A stretch of 64,000 nt of DNA from Candidatus Latescibacterota bacterium (GCA_965219995.1 CBDCOX010000002.1:5184001-5248000), one strand, 5' to 3'; counted from the first letter of the stretch, positions 1 to 10,112 are shown. Made by a program: numbers and translations. The notes: generated by a model from the letters alone, not told the origin.

Positions 1-415
1 CCGGGAACGGATTCTCGATGGTCAGCGACTGAATGCGCTGACCGTGCTGAAGGTCCTCGCTGTACAGGCGGACGCAGCCAGACTCGACCGCACCCGCAAC
101 AATCATCGAGTCGTAGAAGCCGAAGCCGTACCTTTCGCGCAACGCCAGTCCGTGCGCGTACAGTTCCACGCTGGGTTGGACGGTCCAAAGCGGCCGAAGC
201 ACATTCGACAGCAGACTGTCCGCGTCGCCGGCCGAGAAGCCGAGCTTCTTCGTCGCCACGTTGAGCGTTTCCTGTACGACCTGAAAGCTGATGCAGCCGC
301 TCCCCGTCTCGATGCTGCGTCTCACCAGCTCCCCGGCGCGCTGACGTTTTACCTCGTCCGTGTCGTCGAGCATGTACACGAACACGTTCGCATCCAGGAA
401 GTCCTCAACGCTCAT
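1..415 (-). CDS. PIN-domain (VapC-like) toxin; last codon(s) cut by the window edge
   Basis: Manual translation from ATG at 415: MSVEDFLDANVFVYMLDD...ISFQVVQETLNV...LYSEDLQHGQRIQSLTIENPFP. Has the PIN motifs (LDAN, SEDLQHG, NPF). Absent from the ORF track because it runs off the window. Confidence 0.9.
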   Translation of the reverse strand, partial: MSVEDFLDANVFVYMLDDTDEVKRQRAGELVRRSIETGSGCISFQVVQETLNVATKKLGFSAGDADSLLSNVLRPLWTVQPSVELYAHGLALRERYGFGFYDSMIVAGAVESGCVRLYSEDLQHGQRIQSLTIENPFP

Positions 416-626
416 TCAACTCGTCCCTGGTGAACTTGCGCCCACCAGTCGCGTACTTGGCCCGGAGCTCGCACACGGCATGCATGGCGCGATTCGCCCG
501 GTAGCGTCGAGAGTACGCCTCCAGCCAGCTTCGAAACTCGGCGTTGAGGGTCGTGCTCTCCGCCGCCGCCCGCTGCCGGGCCGCGTCTATCGTGTCCGCG
601 TCCGCGCTCAGGGTGATGTTCCGCAT
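405..626 (-). CDS. Antitoxin (RHH-like) upstream of the PIN toxin
   Basis: MRNITLSADADTIDAARQRAAAESTTLN...GRKFTRDELNER, a typical small antitoxin ending in FTRDEL; overlaps the toxin start. Confidence 0.85.
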   Translation of the reverse strand: MRNITLSADADTIDAARQRAAAESTTLNAEFRSWLEAYSRRYRANRAMHAVCELRAKYATGGRKFTRDELNER

Positions 627-687
627 GTGCATTTCGTCGCCGCCCCCCGCTGGCCCGATTCCGAAAACGGAGTTTGGCACGGGATAT

Positions 688-718
688 AGAACACTGCAAT
701 GAGAACACTGGCGCCAGT
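688..718. promoter_or_regulatory. Possible TA operator: AGAACACTG direct repeat plus ACTGGCGCCAGT palindrome
   Basis: agaacactg at 688-696 and 702-710, palindrome at 707-718, about 60-90 bp upstream of the antitoxin start. Function is inferred. Confidence 0.35.
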
Positions 719-874
719 TCACTGCAAGAAAGCCACTGCCCATGCCGAGCAGAACACCGGGCGGCGTCTCTTCCCCGGCGTGCCGTTGCGGCTCTGAGGG
801 GCGGGAGCGCCTTCAAGCGGTCGATGTCATGTAGAGTGCGCCCCTTCTACGGATGGCGACCCGACGGGAAACGC

Positions 875-1291
875 ATGTTCAAACGGCTCGATCACGTGTC
901 CATCGGCGTTCTCGACATCGACAAGGCGCGCCGGCTGTTCTGCGATGTCCTCGGGGGCGAACCCCTGCCGGACGCGGGCACGTCCAGGGCGGAAGGCTTC
1001 GACTGGATGACCTTCATGCTCGGCGGCAGGAAGATGGAACTCGTCACGCCCAGCACCCCCGGGGAAGGCGGCGTGGGGCGCTACCTCGAGAAACAAGGCG
1101 AGGGCTTCCATCACATCTGCTGCACGGTCGAGGACATCCCCGCCGCCATCGCGCACTGCGAGGCCCACGGGATCAGGATCCTCGGCGGAGACGGCCGTCG
1201 CTACTTCTACCTGCATCCCCAGGACACCTTCGGCGCGCTGATCCAGGTCGTCGAGGAGACCCCGGAGACGCTCTCTTTGGCGGGGCCGTGA
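875..1291 (+). CDS. VOC/glyoxalase family protein (methylmalonyl-CoA epimerase-like)
   Basis: MFKRLDHVSIGV...MELVTP...GEGFHHIC...YLHPQDTFGALIQVVE, typical MCE-like motifs. Confidence 0.85.
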   Translation: MFKRLDHVSIGVLDIDKARRLFCDVLGGEPLPDAGTSRAEGFDWMTFMLGGRKMELVTPSTPGEGGVGRYLEKQGEGFHHICCTVEDIPAAIAHCEAHGIRILGGDGRRYFYLHPQDTFGALIQVVEETPETLSLAGP

Positions 1292-1295
1292 TCCC

Positions 1296-2644
1296 GTGAT
1301 ACACGCGCGGGGCGCCGCATTCGTGAGCGGCGCCCGTGCGCTGCTCGCCCTGGCGGCGACAGGCTCCGAAGGACCGGCCACGGCGATCGTCGGGGCCGCG
1401 CTGATCGACGGCACCGGCGCGCCGCCCGTCGAGGACTCCGTCGTCCTCGTACGCGGCGATGTCGTCGTGGCGGCCGGCCCGCGCGCGGACGTCCCGGTGC
1501 CGGAGGACGCCACCGTGATCGATGCCGCGGGCACGTTTCCTCATGCCGGGACTCATCGACCTGCACAATCACTACGGCGGCGGGCGAGAGGGCTTCGAGC
1601 GGCTTCTCGCGCTGCAGCTCGAGTTCGGCGTCACCACCGCGCGAAGCCTCGGCGCCGACGGCCCCGAGAACATGGCGGTCATCGCCGACGCCAAGGCCGG
1701 CAGGATCCCGGCGCCGCGCCTGTACACCGCGGGCGCGGGCTTCTCCCACCCAAGGGGCATGCCGCCCGGAGGCGTCATCCAGCGGCCGACCACGGTGGAC
1801 GAAGCCCGGAAGATGGTGCGCGACCTCGCCGCCGCGGACGTCGACCTCATCAAGATGTGGGTCGACGACACCCTCGACGGCCGGCTCGAGTGGACCTTCG
1901 ACTGGAACGACGGCAGGGCGCCGATCCCGAAGATCAGCCCCGAGATTCGTACCGCCCTGGTCCAGGAGGCGGCGCGTCACGGCCTGCCCGCGGTCGCCCA
2001 CATCTACAACGAGGAGGACGTCCGGCAACTGGCCGCGGTGGGCGTACGGCAGTTCGTGCATACCGTGCGCGCCGCGCCCGTGGACGCGGAGTTCGTGCGC
2101 TGGGCGAAGCGTCAGGCGCTCTCCTTCGCACCCGCCCTCGCCAAGGCGCAGGATTCCTGGTTCATGGCCGAACACCCGGAGGTCCTGGACGATCCGACCC
2201 TCCTGCGCGCCTGGGGGCAGGAACGGATCGACCGGATGAAGGCGCCGGAGACGCAGGCGGGCATGCTGGTGAACCCGCAGGGCGCGCAACTCCGCAAGGT
2301 CTACGGGCGCATGCAGCGTTTTCACCGGGCAGATGCAGGAGGCGGGAGTGACCGTTGCCCTCGGCTCCGACAGCGGCGCCGGCAACGTGCCGTTCGGCTG
2401 GGGCACCCACCACGAACTCGAGCTGCTGGTCGAGGCGGGACTCACGCCGTTGCAGGCGATCGCGGCCGGCACGTCCAATGGGGCGTGGGTGCTGGAGGGC
2501 GAAGACCCGCCCTTCGGTACGGTCGCAGCCGGCAAGGCGGCCGATCTCGTGCTCCTCTCTCGGGATCCGAGCGCCGACATCGGCAATTCGCGTAGCATCG
2601 AGCGGGTCATGCAGGCCGGTCGCTGGCTCGACGCCCCCGACTGA
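1296..2644 (+). pseudogene. Amidohydrolase family protein split by two +1 frameshifts (pseudogene or sequencing error)
   Basis: Three consecutive frames give LIDGTGAPP...IDAAG / LMPGLIDLHNH...IKMW...VAH / ALGSDSG...LTPLQAIAAGT...GKAADLVLL. Removing one T at 1536-1538 and one at 2319-2322 restores one ~448-aa ORF. Confidence 0.85.
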
Positions 2645-2668
2645 CATCCGCCGAGGAGGGACAAGCCC

Positions 2669-4654
2669 ATGTTCAAGCGTTACCGGCTCCTGTTGCCCGC
2701 CGCGTGCGCGCTGCTGCCGTCCGCATGCGAACCGACCGCCGAGCATCCGCCGGGGTACGGCGATTGGCCCCACCACCAGGGCGACCTGGCCGCTTCCAAG
2801 TATGCGCCCCTCGACCAGATCACCCCGGAGAACTTCGAGCGGCTCGAGGTGGCGTGGCGCTGGGAGTCGGCGGACCGGCGCCTCGGCGATGTCTACGACA
2901 CCGGAACGTACGTCGCGACGCCGCTGAAGGTCGGGGACCGTCTCTACACCGCCACCTCCCACGGGCAGGTCGTCGCGCTCGACCCGGCCACCGGGCAACA
3001 GCTCTGGCTGCACGACCCCCGGAGCTGGGCGGAAGAGATGCCGACCCAGCTCCCCCGGCACACCCGGGGCGTCGAGTACTGGTCCGACGGCGAGATCGAA
3101 CGCATCTTCGTCGCCACCCTCGGCAAGCAGCTCGTGTCCATCGACGCGGCGACCGGCAAGCCGGATCCGGCCTTCGGGGTCAACGGCGTCGTGGACCTGA
3201 AGAACGACCTCGGCGACGGGGCCTGGGTCACGGCGCATCTCGGCCACCGCGCACCGCCCCTCGTCGTTCGGGACGCGGTCGTCGTCGGATCGGGCGTCCA
3301 CGACTACATCTCCGAGATGCCCAATCCGCCGGGTCACGTGCGCGCCTACGACGTCCGCACCGGAACCCTCAAGTGGCGCTTCGACACGATCCCGCCGAAG
3401 GGCGCACCGTTCGCGGACACCTGGCCCGAAGACACGATCGAGAAGCAGGGCAACACCAACGTCTGGACGTACATGTCGGCCGACGAGGAACTGGGCCACG
3501 TCTACCTGCCGACCTCCACGCCGACCAACGACTACTACGGCGGAGAACGCCACGGCGACAACCTGTTCGCGGAGAGCATCGTCGCCGTGGACATCGAGAC
3601 GGGCGAGCGGGTGTGGCACTTCCAGACGGTCCACCACGGCATCTGGGACTACGACATCGCCTCCGCGCCGAACGTCATCGACGTCGAGATCGACGGCCAG
3701 CCGAGGAAGGTGCTCGCCCAGATGTCGAAGACCGCCTTCGCCTACGTCTTCGACCGTGTGACCGGAGAGCCGATCTGGCCGATCGAGGAGCGCCCGGTGC
3801 CGCAGAGCACGGTCCCCGGCGAGAAGACCGCGGCGACCCAGCCGTTCCCGACGAAGCCGGCGGCCTTCGACCGCCAGGGCGTCACCGAGGACGACCTCAT
3901 CGACTTCACGCCGGAACTCAGGGCCGAAGCGCTCCGGATCGCCGCCCAGTTCCGGCTCGGCCCGATCTTCGAGCCGCTCATCGTGGAAGGCGACGGCGGC
4001 AAGCTCGCGACGTTCGTCGTCCCCGGGGCGGGCGGCGGCGCCTCCTACCCCGGCGCCTCCTGGGATCCCGAGACGGGCGTCCTCTACGTGGAGTCGAAGA
4101 CGCGGCCCACGACCATGGCCGTCGTCAAGCCGGAAACCGGCCAGTCGGTCACCTTCGGCCTCCCGGAGTCGGGGCAGTCGGATTTCGCCTACGAGGTCAA
4201 GTACCACTCCACCGACGGCCCGCGGGGACTGCCGCTCCTGAAGCCGCCCTACCGCCGCCTGACCGCGATCGACATGAAGACCGGCGAGCACCTGTTCCAG
4301 GTGCCGCAGGGCCAGGGTCCGACAGACCATCCCGCCCTCGCCGGCCTCGACCTCGGACCGCTGGGAACGGCCTACCGCGGCGTCTCCGCCGGCGGCATCG
4401 TGGTCACGAAGACGATGCTCATCGGCTTCGTCGCCAAGGACCGGCCGTACGGGGCCGACGCCTACCCCGCGGGCGCCTGGCTGCGCGCGCAGGACAAGGC
4501 GACGGGCGAGGTCCTCGCGGAGATCGAGGTGGACCGCACCCTGCAGGGCTCGCCCATGACGTACATGCACGGGGGGCGTCAGTACATCGCCATCGCCGGC
4601 GGGGGCAGCGGCGAACCGCAGGAACTGCTCGCCTTCGCCCTGCCCGTGCAGTAG
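2669..4654 (+). CDS. PQQ-dependent dehydrogenase (quinoprotein glucose dehydrogenase-like), probable lipoprotein
   Basis: SKYAPLDQIT, ATPL, PGHVRAYDVRTG, NVW, WHFQTVHHGIWDYD, GSPMTYMHGGRQY; signal peptide ending LPSAC. Confidence 0.92.
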   Translation: MFKRYRLLLPAACALLPSACEPTAEHPPGYGDWPHHQGDLAASKYAPLDQITPENFERLEVAWRWESADRRLGDVYDTGTYVATPLKVGDRLYTATSHGQVVALDPATGQQLWLHDPRSWAEEMPTQLPRHTRGVEYWSDGEIERIFVATLGKQLVSIDAATGKPDPAFGVNGVVDLKNDLGDGAWVTAHLGHRAPPLVVRDAVVVGSGVHDYISEMPNPPGHVRAYDVRTGTLKWRFDTIPPKGAPFADTWPEDTIEKQGNTNVWTYMSADEELGHVYLPTSTPTNDYYGGERHGDNLFAESIVAVDIETGERVWHFQTVHHGIWDYDIASAPNVIDVEIDGQPRKVLAQMSKTAFAYVFDRVTGEPIWPIEERPVPQSTVPGEKTAATQPFPTKPAAFDRQGVTEDDLIDFTPELRAEALRIAAQFRLGPIFEPLIVEGDGGKLATFVVPGAGGGASYPGASWDPETGVLYVESKTRPTTMAVVKPETGQSVTFGLPESGQSDFAYEVKYHSTDGPRGLPLLKPPYRRLTAIDMKTGEHLFQVPQGQGPTDHPALAGLDLGPLGTAYRGVSAGGIVVTKTMLIGFVAKDRPYGADAYPAGAWLRAQDKATGEVLAEIEVDRTLQGSPMTYMHGGRQYIAIAGGGSGEPQELLAFALPVQ

Positions 4655-4661
4655 CGGATAC

Positions 4662-6701
4662 TTGTCCCGGCCGCGCGTCCTGCCGCTAGCGCGACCTGGC
4701 GGTCGCGTTGGGAGTTTCGCCAAGGCGAAACTCCTACGGCGCAAGCTCCTAGCCTGGGCCGCGTGCCTCCTGGCCGGCTGCGCGCAGGAACTGCCGGACT
4801 CCGACGCGGCGGTCTACCTGGGCGATGCGGGGGGGAGCCACTTTTCCCCGCTCACCCAGATCCACCCCGGCAACGTCGCCACCCTCGAGCCGGCCTGGGT
4901 CCACGACACGAACGAGTTCGGCGACGGCGTCTCCACGATGGTCACCAGTCCGCTGGTGGTCGACGGCACGCTCTACGGGCTGACGCCGCGGCTCAACGCG
5001 TTCGCCCTGGACGCCGCGTCCGGGACGGTTCGCTGGCGCTTCGAGACGCCGGAGTCCGCCGGCATGCAGCGCGGCTTGAGCTGGTGGGAAGACGGCGCGG
5101 CAGCGCGTCTCTTCTTCGGTGCGGGGCCGTGGCTGTTTGCACTCGACCCGCGGACCGGCACGCCCGTGTCGACATTCGCCGACACCGGCAGGCTGGACCT
5201 CCGTACGTTCGCCGGCGGCGCCGACGTCACCGCTCCGTCGCCGGCCGCAGTCTTCGAGGACCTCGTCGTCGTCGGCCTCGACGGAGACACCGAGGGCGCC
5301 TCCGTCCTCGCGGTCGACGCCAGGACGGGGACGCCCGCATGGCACTTCCGCGCGGGGGTGTCCGCCGGTGTCGGCACGGCCCTCGACGCGGACCGCAGGC
5401 TCCTCCTGGTCCCCACCGGACCGCCGATTCCCGCGCATCTCGGCACCGGACGACCCGACGACCCGTTGTCGGACAGCCTGCTCGCGCTCGACATCCGCAC
5501 GGGCGAACTCCGGTGGGGCCGTCAGCTCGTCCGTGAAGGTCTGCGCGGCCATGAACTCACCGCCCCACCCGTCCTCGTCCGGGTATCGCACCACGACGCG
5601 CTGGCGGACGCCGTGGCATTGCCGACGCGCTCGGGCTACCTGCACCTCTTCGACCGCAACACCGGCGCGTCGCTGCTCGAAAGCCGGGAAGTCAGCGCAC
5701 CGCCGAGTACCATTCCCGGCGAGCGCGCCGCCCCGGCACACACCACCTCGTCGGTCAGCCTCACGCGCCAGGAGTTCGCCCTCGCTGAGCGGGAGGCGGC
5801 CACCGGCCTGCCCGAGTCCCAACTCGCCCGCCTCGTGCGCGAACCGTTCGCGCCGCCCTCGATCGCGGGAACGCTCCTTTTCCCCGGCGTCGGCGCCGGT
5901 GTCGGCTGGGGCGGCGCGGCCTACGAGCCCGCGTCCCGCAAGCTGTTCGTCAACGTTCAGGAGACGGCGTCCGTCCTGCGGCTGATCGAAGTCCCGAAGG
6001 GCTTCAGCGCCCAGGACGCCTATCTCGCGCACTGCGCGCGCTGTCACGGCGTCGACCGCAAGGGCCTCTTCATGGACCGCCAGGACCGCTACGGCGCCGG
6101 CGGTCCGAGCCTCGTCGGCATCGGCGCGCGATTCACGGAGCGCGAGATCGAAGCGACCATCGTCAGGGGGCGGGGCGCGATGCAGCCCATGCCCGAGGTC
6201 GGGGAACTGGATCGTGCCGGGATCGTGGAATACCTGGTCGCCGAGCCCGATTACCTCACCTACGACGGCCGCACCACGGAGAGCGCCCACGTCGAGGTCG
6301 AGCCCGTCACGCTTCGGGGCGCCGACAGGCTACCCGCGAACGCGCCTCCGTGGGGTTCCCTCCTCGGCCTCGACCTCGACACCGGCCGGGTCGACTGGCG
6401 CGTGCCCCTGGGCAGCTATCCCGGGCATCCGGAACCGGAGGTCGGCGCGGAGAACGCCGGCGGGCCGTTGCTCACCGCATCGGGACTCGTGTTCGTCGGC
6501 GCCACGCCGGACAGCAGGTTCCGCGCCTACGACGCGTCGAATGGAACGCTCCTGTGGGAGGCGGAACTCGACGCGCCTGGGTACGCGACACCCGTCACCT
6601 ACGCCGTGGGAGGCAGGCAGTACGTCGTGATCGCGGCCGGCGGCGGGCTCCTCGGGCCGCCGTCGGGGTCCACCTACGCGGCTTTCCGGCTGCCCGACTG
6701 A
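4662..6701 (+). CDS. PQQ-type beta-propeller protein with an inserted c-type cytochrome domain
   Basis: SHFSPLTQI, TSPLVVDG, GGPLLTASGLVF, ATPVTYAVGGRQYVV; internal CARCH haem motif with distal Met (GAMQPM). Start codon uncertain. Confidence 0.85.
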   Translation: MSRPRVLPLARPGGRVGSFAKAKLLRRKLLAWAACLLAGCAQELPDSDAAVYLGDAGGSHFSPLTQIHPGNVATLEPAWVHDTNEFGDGVSTMVTSPLVVDGTLYGLTPRLNAFALDAASGTVRWRFETPESAGMQRGLSWWEDGAAARLFFGAGPWLFALDPRTGTPVSTFADTGRLDLRTFAGGADVTAPSPAAVFEDLVVVGLDGDTEGASVLAVDARTGTPAWHFRAGVSAGVGTALDADRRLLLVPTGPPIPAHLGTGRPDDPLSDSLLALDIRTGELRWGRQLVREGLRGHELTAPPVLVRVSHHDALADAVALPTRSGYLHLFDRNTGASLLESREVSAPPSTIPGERAAPAHTTSSVSLTRQEFALAEREAATGLPESQLARLVREPFAPPSIAGTLLFPGVGAGVGWGGAAYEPASRKLFVNVQETASVLRLIEVPKGFSAQDAYLAHCARCHGVDRKGLFMDRQDRYGAGGPSLVGIGARFTEREIEATIVRGRGAMQPMPEVGELDRAGIVEYLVAEPDYLTYDGRTTESAHVEVEPVTLRGADRLPANAPPWGSLLGLDLDTGRVDWRVPLGSYPGHPEPEVGAENAGGPLLTASGLVFVGATPDSRFRAYDASNGTLLWEAELDAPGYATPVTYAVGGRQYVVIAAGGGLLGPPSGSTYAAFRLPD

Positions 6702-6728
6702 CCTCCGGTCGGCGCCAGGCGCCAGGCG

Positions 6729-8123
6729 TCACCCCTCCCGTTGCACGGAGGCGAGCGTCTCGTCGAGCGCCCGCTCGAGCTTCGTGAACAGTTCGTCCAC
6801 CTGCGCGTCGGTAATGACGAGCGGCGGACACAACGCCAGGATGTCGCCCAGGCTGCGCACGATCAGGCCGTGCTCGAGGGCGCGGTCCATGCAGTGGTTG
6901 CCGACCTGAAGCGCGGGGTCGAAGTTCCGCTTCTCTTCCTTGTCGGCCACCAGTTCCACCGCGCCGATCAACCCCTTGCCGCGCGCGTTTCCAACCAGCG
7001 GATGCTCCGCGAGCGCCGCCAGGCGGGCCTGGAACGTCTCCCCGACCCGGGCCGCGTGCGCGAACACCTCCCGCTCCTCCATCAACTCGAGGGCGCGCAG
7101 GGCGACCGCGGAGCACACGGGGTGTCCCGAGTACGTGAAGCCGTGCGCGAAGTTGCCCACTTCGGAGCTCGCCGCGACGAACGCCTCGTACATCCACTCG
7201 GGGACGAGCACCGCGGAAATCGGCAGGTAGGCCGAGGAGAGCGCTTTCGCGACGCTCATCGTCGTCGGCGCGATGCCCATGGTCTGCGCCCCGAAGGGGT
7301 TTCCGGTGCGCCCGAAGCCACAGATCACCTCGTCGTCGATGAAGTGGACGCCGTACTTCCCGAGGACCGCCTGGATCTTCCGGTAGTACCCGTCCGGCGG
7401 CACGATGACGCCGCCCGCCCCGAGCACCGGTTCCGCGATGAAGGCCGCCACCGTCTCCGGTCCCTCCGCGCGGATCAGGGCTTCGAGTTCGTTCGCGAGC
7501 CGCGTCGTGAAGTCGTCCTCCGTCTCACCCTCGCGGGCCTGCCGGTAGTAGTGGGGATTGGCCGTGTGCAGGACGTTCGGGATCGGCAGGTCGAAGTGCT
7601 TGTGGAACGGGGGCAGGCCCGTGAGGCTGCCGCTCGCGACGGTCACGCCGTGGTACGCGCCGAGACGCGACACGATCTTCTTCTTTTCGGGCTTCCCGAT
7701 CAGGTTGTGGTAGTACCACATCAGCTTGACCTGGGTGTCGTTCGCGTCCGACCCCGACAGGCCGAAGAACACGCGCCCGGCGTCGAAAGGCATCATCGCC
7801 TTCAGCTTCTCCGCCAGCAGCACGCTCGGCTCGTTGGTCTTGCCCCCGAAGAGCTGCGAGTACGCGAGTTGCCGCATCTGCGCTTCCGCCACGCGCGCGA
7901 GTTCCGGCTCCCCGTAGCCCAGCGCCGTGCACCACAGCCCGGCCATGCCTTCCAGGTACTGCTTCCCGCGGTCGTCCCACAGGTAGACGCCCTCGGCGCG
8001 CTCATGCACCGACGGACCGCGGAGCTGGTGGTCCGCCAGGTTAGTCGTCGGGTGGAGCACGTGCCGGAGGTCCTTCGCTTCGATGGACTCGGGCGGAAAC
8101 TCGTTGTGCAGGGGATCGGCCAT
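6729..8123 (-). CDS. Class III aminotransferase (omega-amine/polyamine:pyruvate type)
   Basis: GLWC, SGSDAND, YHGVT, AFIAEPVLGAGG, DDEVICGFGRTG, AKALSSAYLP (PLP Lys), HGFTYSGHP. Confidence 0.93.
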   Translation of the reverse strand: MADPLHNEFPPESIEAKDLRHVLHPTTNLADHQLRGPSVHERAEGVYLWDDRGKQYLEGMAGLWCTALGYGEPELARVAEAQMRQLAYSQLFGGKTNEPSVLLAEKLKAMMPFDAGRVFFGLSGSDANDTQVKLMWYYHNLIGKPEKKKIVSRLGAYHGVTVASGSLTGLPPFHKHFDLPIPNVLHTANPHYYRQAREGETEDDFTTRLANELEALIRAEGPETVAAFIAEPVLGAGGVIVPPDGYYRKIQAVLGKYGVHFIDDEVICGFGRTGNPFGAQTMGIAPTTMSVAKALSSAYLPISAVLVPEWMYEAFVAASSEVGNFAHGFTYSGHPVCSAVALRALELMEEREVFAHAARVGETFQARLAALAEHPLVGNARGKGLIGAVELVADKEEKRNFDPALQVGNHCMDRALEHGLIVRSLGDILALCPPLVITDAQVDELFTKLERALDETLASVQREG

Positions 8124-8180
8124 GGATGACTCTCTCCTATTGGCTGGCAACTTCGACGGTGGCGCGGGCCATGCGCCCAT

Positions 8181-8786
8181 TCACGTCCAAACGCCTTGGG
8201 CGACACGACCGCGAAGGGCCGCGATTGCACGAGCAAGGCTTGGAGACCGGACGGCCCCCCGTTCAACGTCCCAAGCGCCTCGGGCGAAGTCCGAAATCCG
8301 ATTGGCGTACTCGGGACCGACGGAACGACCACTGCCGGGACGCGGGGGGACGCTGCGCTGCACCGCTCGCGACGTTGAGTGCCGGCAGACATCGACCACG
8401 TGGCGTTTCGGGTCAGGCAATTCATCGGGGCGCACGGCTATTCGATTTGGCCTGACCGAGAACGTGGCGGCAAATCCGTCAACATCCGCGAGAAGCCAAT
8501 TCTCCATTTTGCGCACCGGTACGCGCAAGCAGAGACGCTCGTCGAGCTTCACGCCGGCCGGCAGACCGTCAATCAACACCGGAGGACAGGACACAGCGTC
8601 CAGATCCCTCAACACAAGCCAGTTCAGGGCGCGACTCGACCGGCTTACCTCCCTGACCCGCTGATCGAGCCTCCCGGCGCTCCGCGCGGTGATCGCCGGC
8701 AGCGGTTCGAGGCCCACATGCCTGATCAGTCGCTCGGCCACCGGAATGTCGGTATCGCCCTCCACGGCGATGTACACGAACGTCAC
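8181..8786 (-). CDS. TOPRIM-like/DUF4276-type protein partnered with an ABC-type ATPase
   Basis: IAVEGDTD, LRDLD, MENWLLAD, DPK, SPSL motifs; GTG start overlaps the ATPase stop (GTGA). Confidence 0.7.
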   Translation of the reverse strand: MTFVYIAVEGDTDIPVAERLIRHVGLEPLPAITARSAGRLDQRVREVSRSSRALNWLVLRDLDAVSCPPVLIDGLPAGVKLDERLCLRVPVRKMENWLLADVDGFAATFSVRPNRIAVRPDELPDPKRHVVDVCRHSTSRAVQRSVPPRPGSGRSVGPEYANRISDFARGAWDVERGAVRSPSLARAIAALRGRVAQGVWT

Positions 8787-9946
8787 GTCCCGGCGAGCCG
8801 CCTGGGCAAATCGGTCACCTCGTCCGGCTCCGTGCGTGGGCCAAGAATCTCTGCGAGGCTCAAGCCGCACTCCAACAAGGCATGGACATCCGGCACAGAC
8901 GTGGCGGGCAACGCCACCGTCCCGTCGTTTCCCGGCGTGAGCAGCACAACCTCGTCAACGCCAAGCCCCGGATCTTCCAGGATCTCATTCGAGTGGGTCG
9001 TCAGGAGGATCTGGGGGCCACCAGCGCCCGCGACACGATTGAAGACCGTCGGCAACTGCTTCACCACGGACGTGTGGAGTGATAACTCCGGCTCCTCCAG
9101 CAGCACGGGGCCCCGACCCCATTCTCCCTCCAGCAATGACCAGAGCAGGCCGATCATTCGCAGCGTACCGTCCGAGAACAGCCGTTCGTCCTGGATGGCC
9201 GGGTGGGAACGCCAGTGTTCGTAGCGGGCTCCCAGATGCCAATGCCCGATCTCGTCCTGAACGAGTTCGATCTGGTCCATCTGTGGAACCGCCGCCCGCA
9301 GTCCCTCCCCGATTCTCCGCAGGCGGTGAGATCGCGTGGTCGAAGGGGTCCTGGCCATCCTGAGCAGCAGGTCCGACCCGTAGGGGTCCTCTCGCACGCT
9401 GCCGGCACGCTCGGGCTCACGAATCAGGTGCGGGACGAGATGTAGGTAACGAACGGACCCCAGGAACTCCGAAATCTCCCGAAAGTCCCTGTTCGCGTTC
9501 ACCTGTTCCAGGTGGGTCTGAGTCATGCGCTCTGGATCGTCCTCGTCCTCCGGGGTCGGCCGCTCGAGGACAGGTCGCCCGCGGTTGCAGACAATCTCGT
9601 GCGTCAAAACCGGTCGATGACGCCCACGCTGCTCGGCGGTGAACGTCATCTCGTAGCTCCACTCGTCCGGGCACTCATCGCTCCCGATGCTGATGTGGAT
9701 GGTCACGCGCCCGTGGTTGTAGTTTCGTGCTGCCAGACAGCGCAGGCGCGGGATGCCTCCACGAGTCTCCACGGCATCTTGAAAGCCGCCTGCCGGCGAC
9801 GCGATCTGCTTCAGGAACCGGAGTGCGTCCAGCAGGTTGGACTTCCCTGACGCATTCGGGCCAACGATCACCAGCCGCTCGCGCAGGTCGAAATCCGCCT
9901 GCTTGAAGTTGCGCCAGTTCTTCAGCGTGAGATGAGTGATTCGCAT
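8783..9946 (-). CDS. ABC/AAA_21-type (RecF/SMC-like) ATPase
   Basis: MRITHLTLKNWRNF, GPNASGKSN (Walker A), FSDGT (signature), LLEEPE (Walker B), TTHS (H-loop). Confidence 0.92.
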   Translation of the reverse strand: MRITHLTLKNWRNFKQADFDLRERLVIVGPNASGKSNLLDALRFLKQIASPAGGFQDAVETRGGIPRLRCLAARNYNHGRVTIHISIGSDECPDEWSYEMTFTAEQRGRHRPVLTHEIVCNRGRPVLERPTPEDEDDPERMTQTHLEQVNANRDFREISEFLGSVRYLHLVPHLIREPERAGSVREDPYGSDLLLRMARTPSTTRSHRLRRIGEGLRAAVPQMDQIELVQDEIGHWHLGARYEHWRSHPAIQDERLFSDGTLRMIGLLWSLLEGEWGRGPVLLEEPELSLHTSVVKQLPTVFNRVAGAGGPQILLTTHSNEILEDPGLGVDEVVLLTPGNDGTVALPATSVPDVHALLECGLSLAEILGPRTEPDEVTDLPRRLAGT

Positions 9947-10040
9947 CGCGGCAATGTTAGCAAGAGGGGCGCGCACGGAGACGACAGTGGGAGGTCCCAG
10001 AACCGCGTCTCGCGCCGGGGATCTCGGTAGGCGGTTCCGA

Positions 10041-10063
10041 AGCCGGGGCATTGCGCCCCGGCT
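10041..10063. terminator. GC-rich hairpin downstream of ald (possible terminator)
   Basis: agccggggc-attgc-gccccggct, a 9-bp perfect stem; no clear U-tract. Confidence 0.3.
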
Positions 10064-10112
10064 CCTCCGCTTCCCTGCCGGCAACCCAGCGGGCCGCCTC
10101 TCCTTGCGAACG

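Noticed and set aside
673-700. Sigma-54 promoter (TGGCAC)
   Set aside because: The -12 TTGC element is not at the required spacing.
3600-3860. Nucleotide similarity to ~27920-28170 as a mobile repeat
   Set aside because: Explained by paralogy of two PQQ dehydrogenases in their most conserved region.
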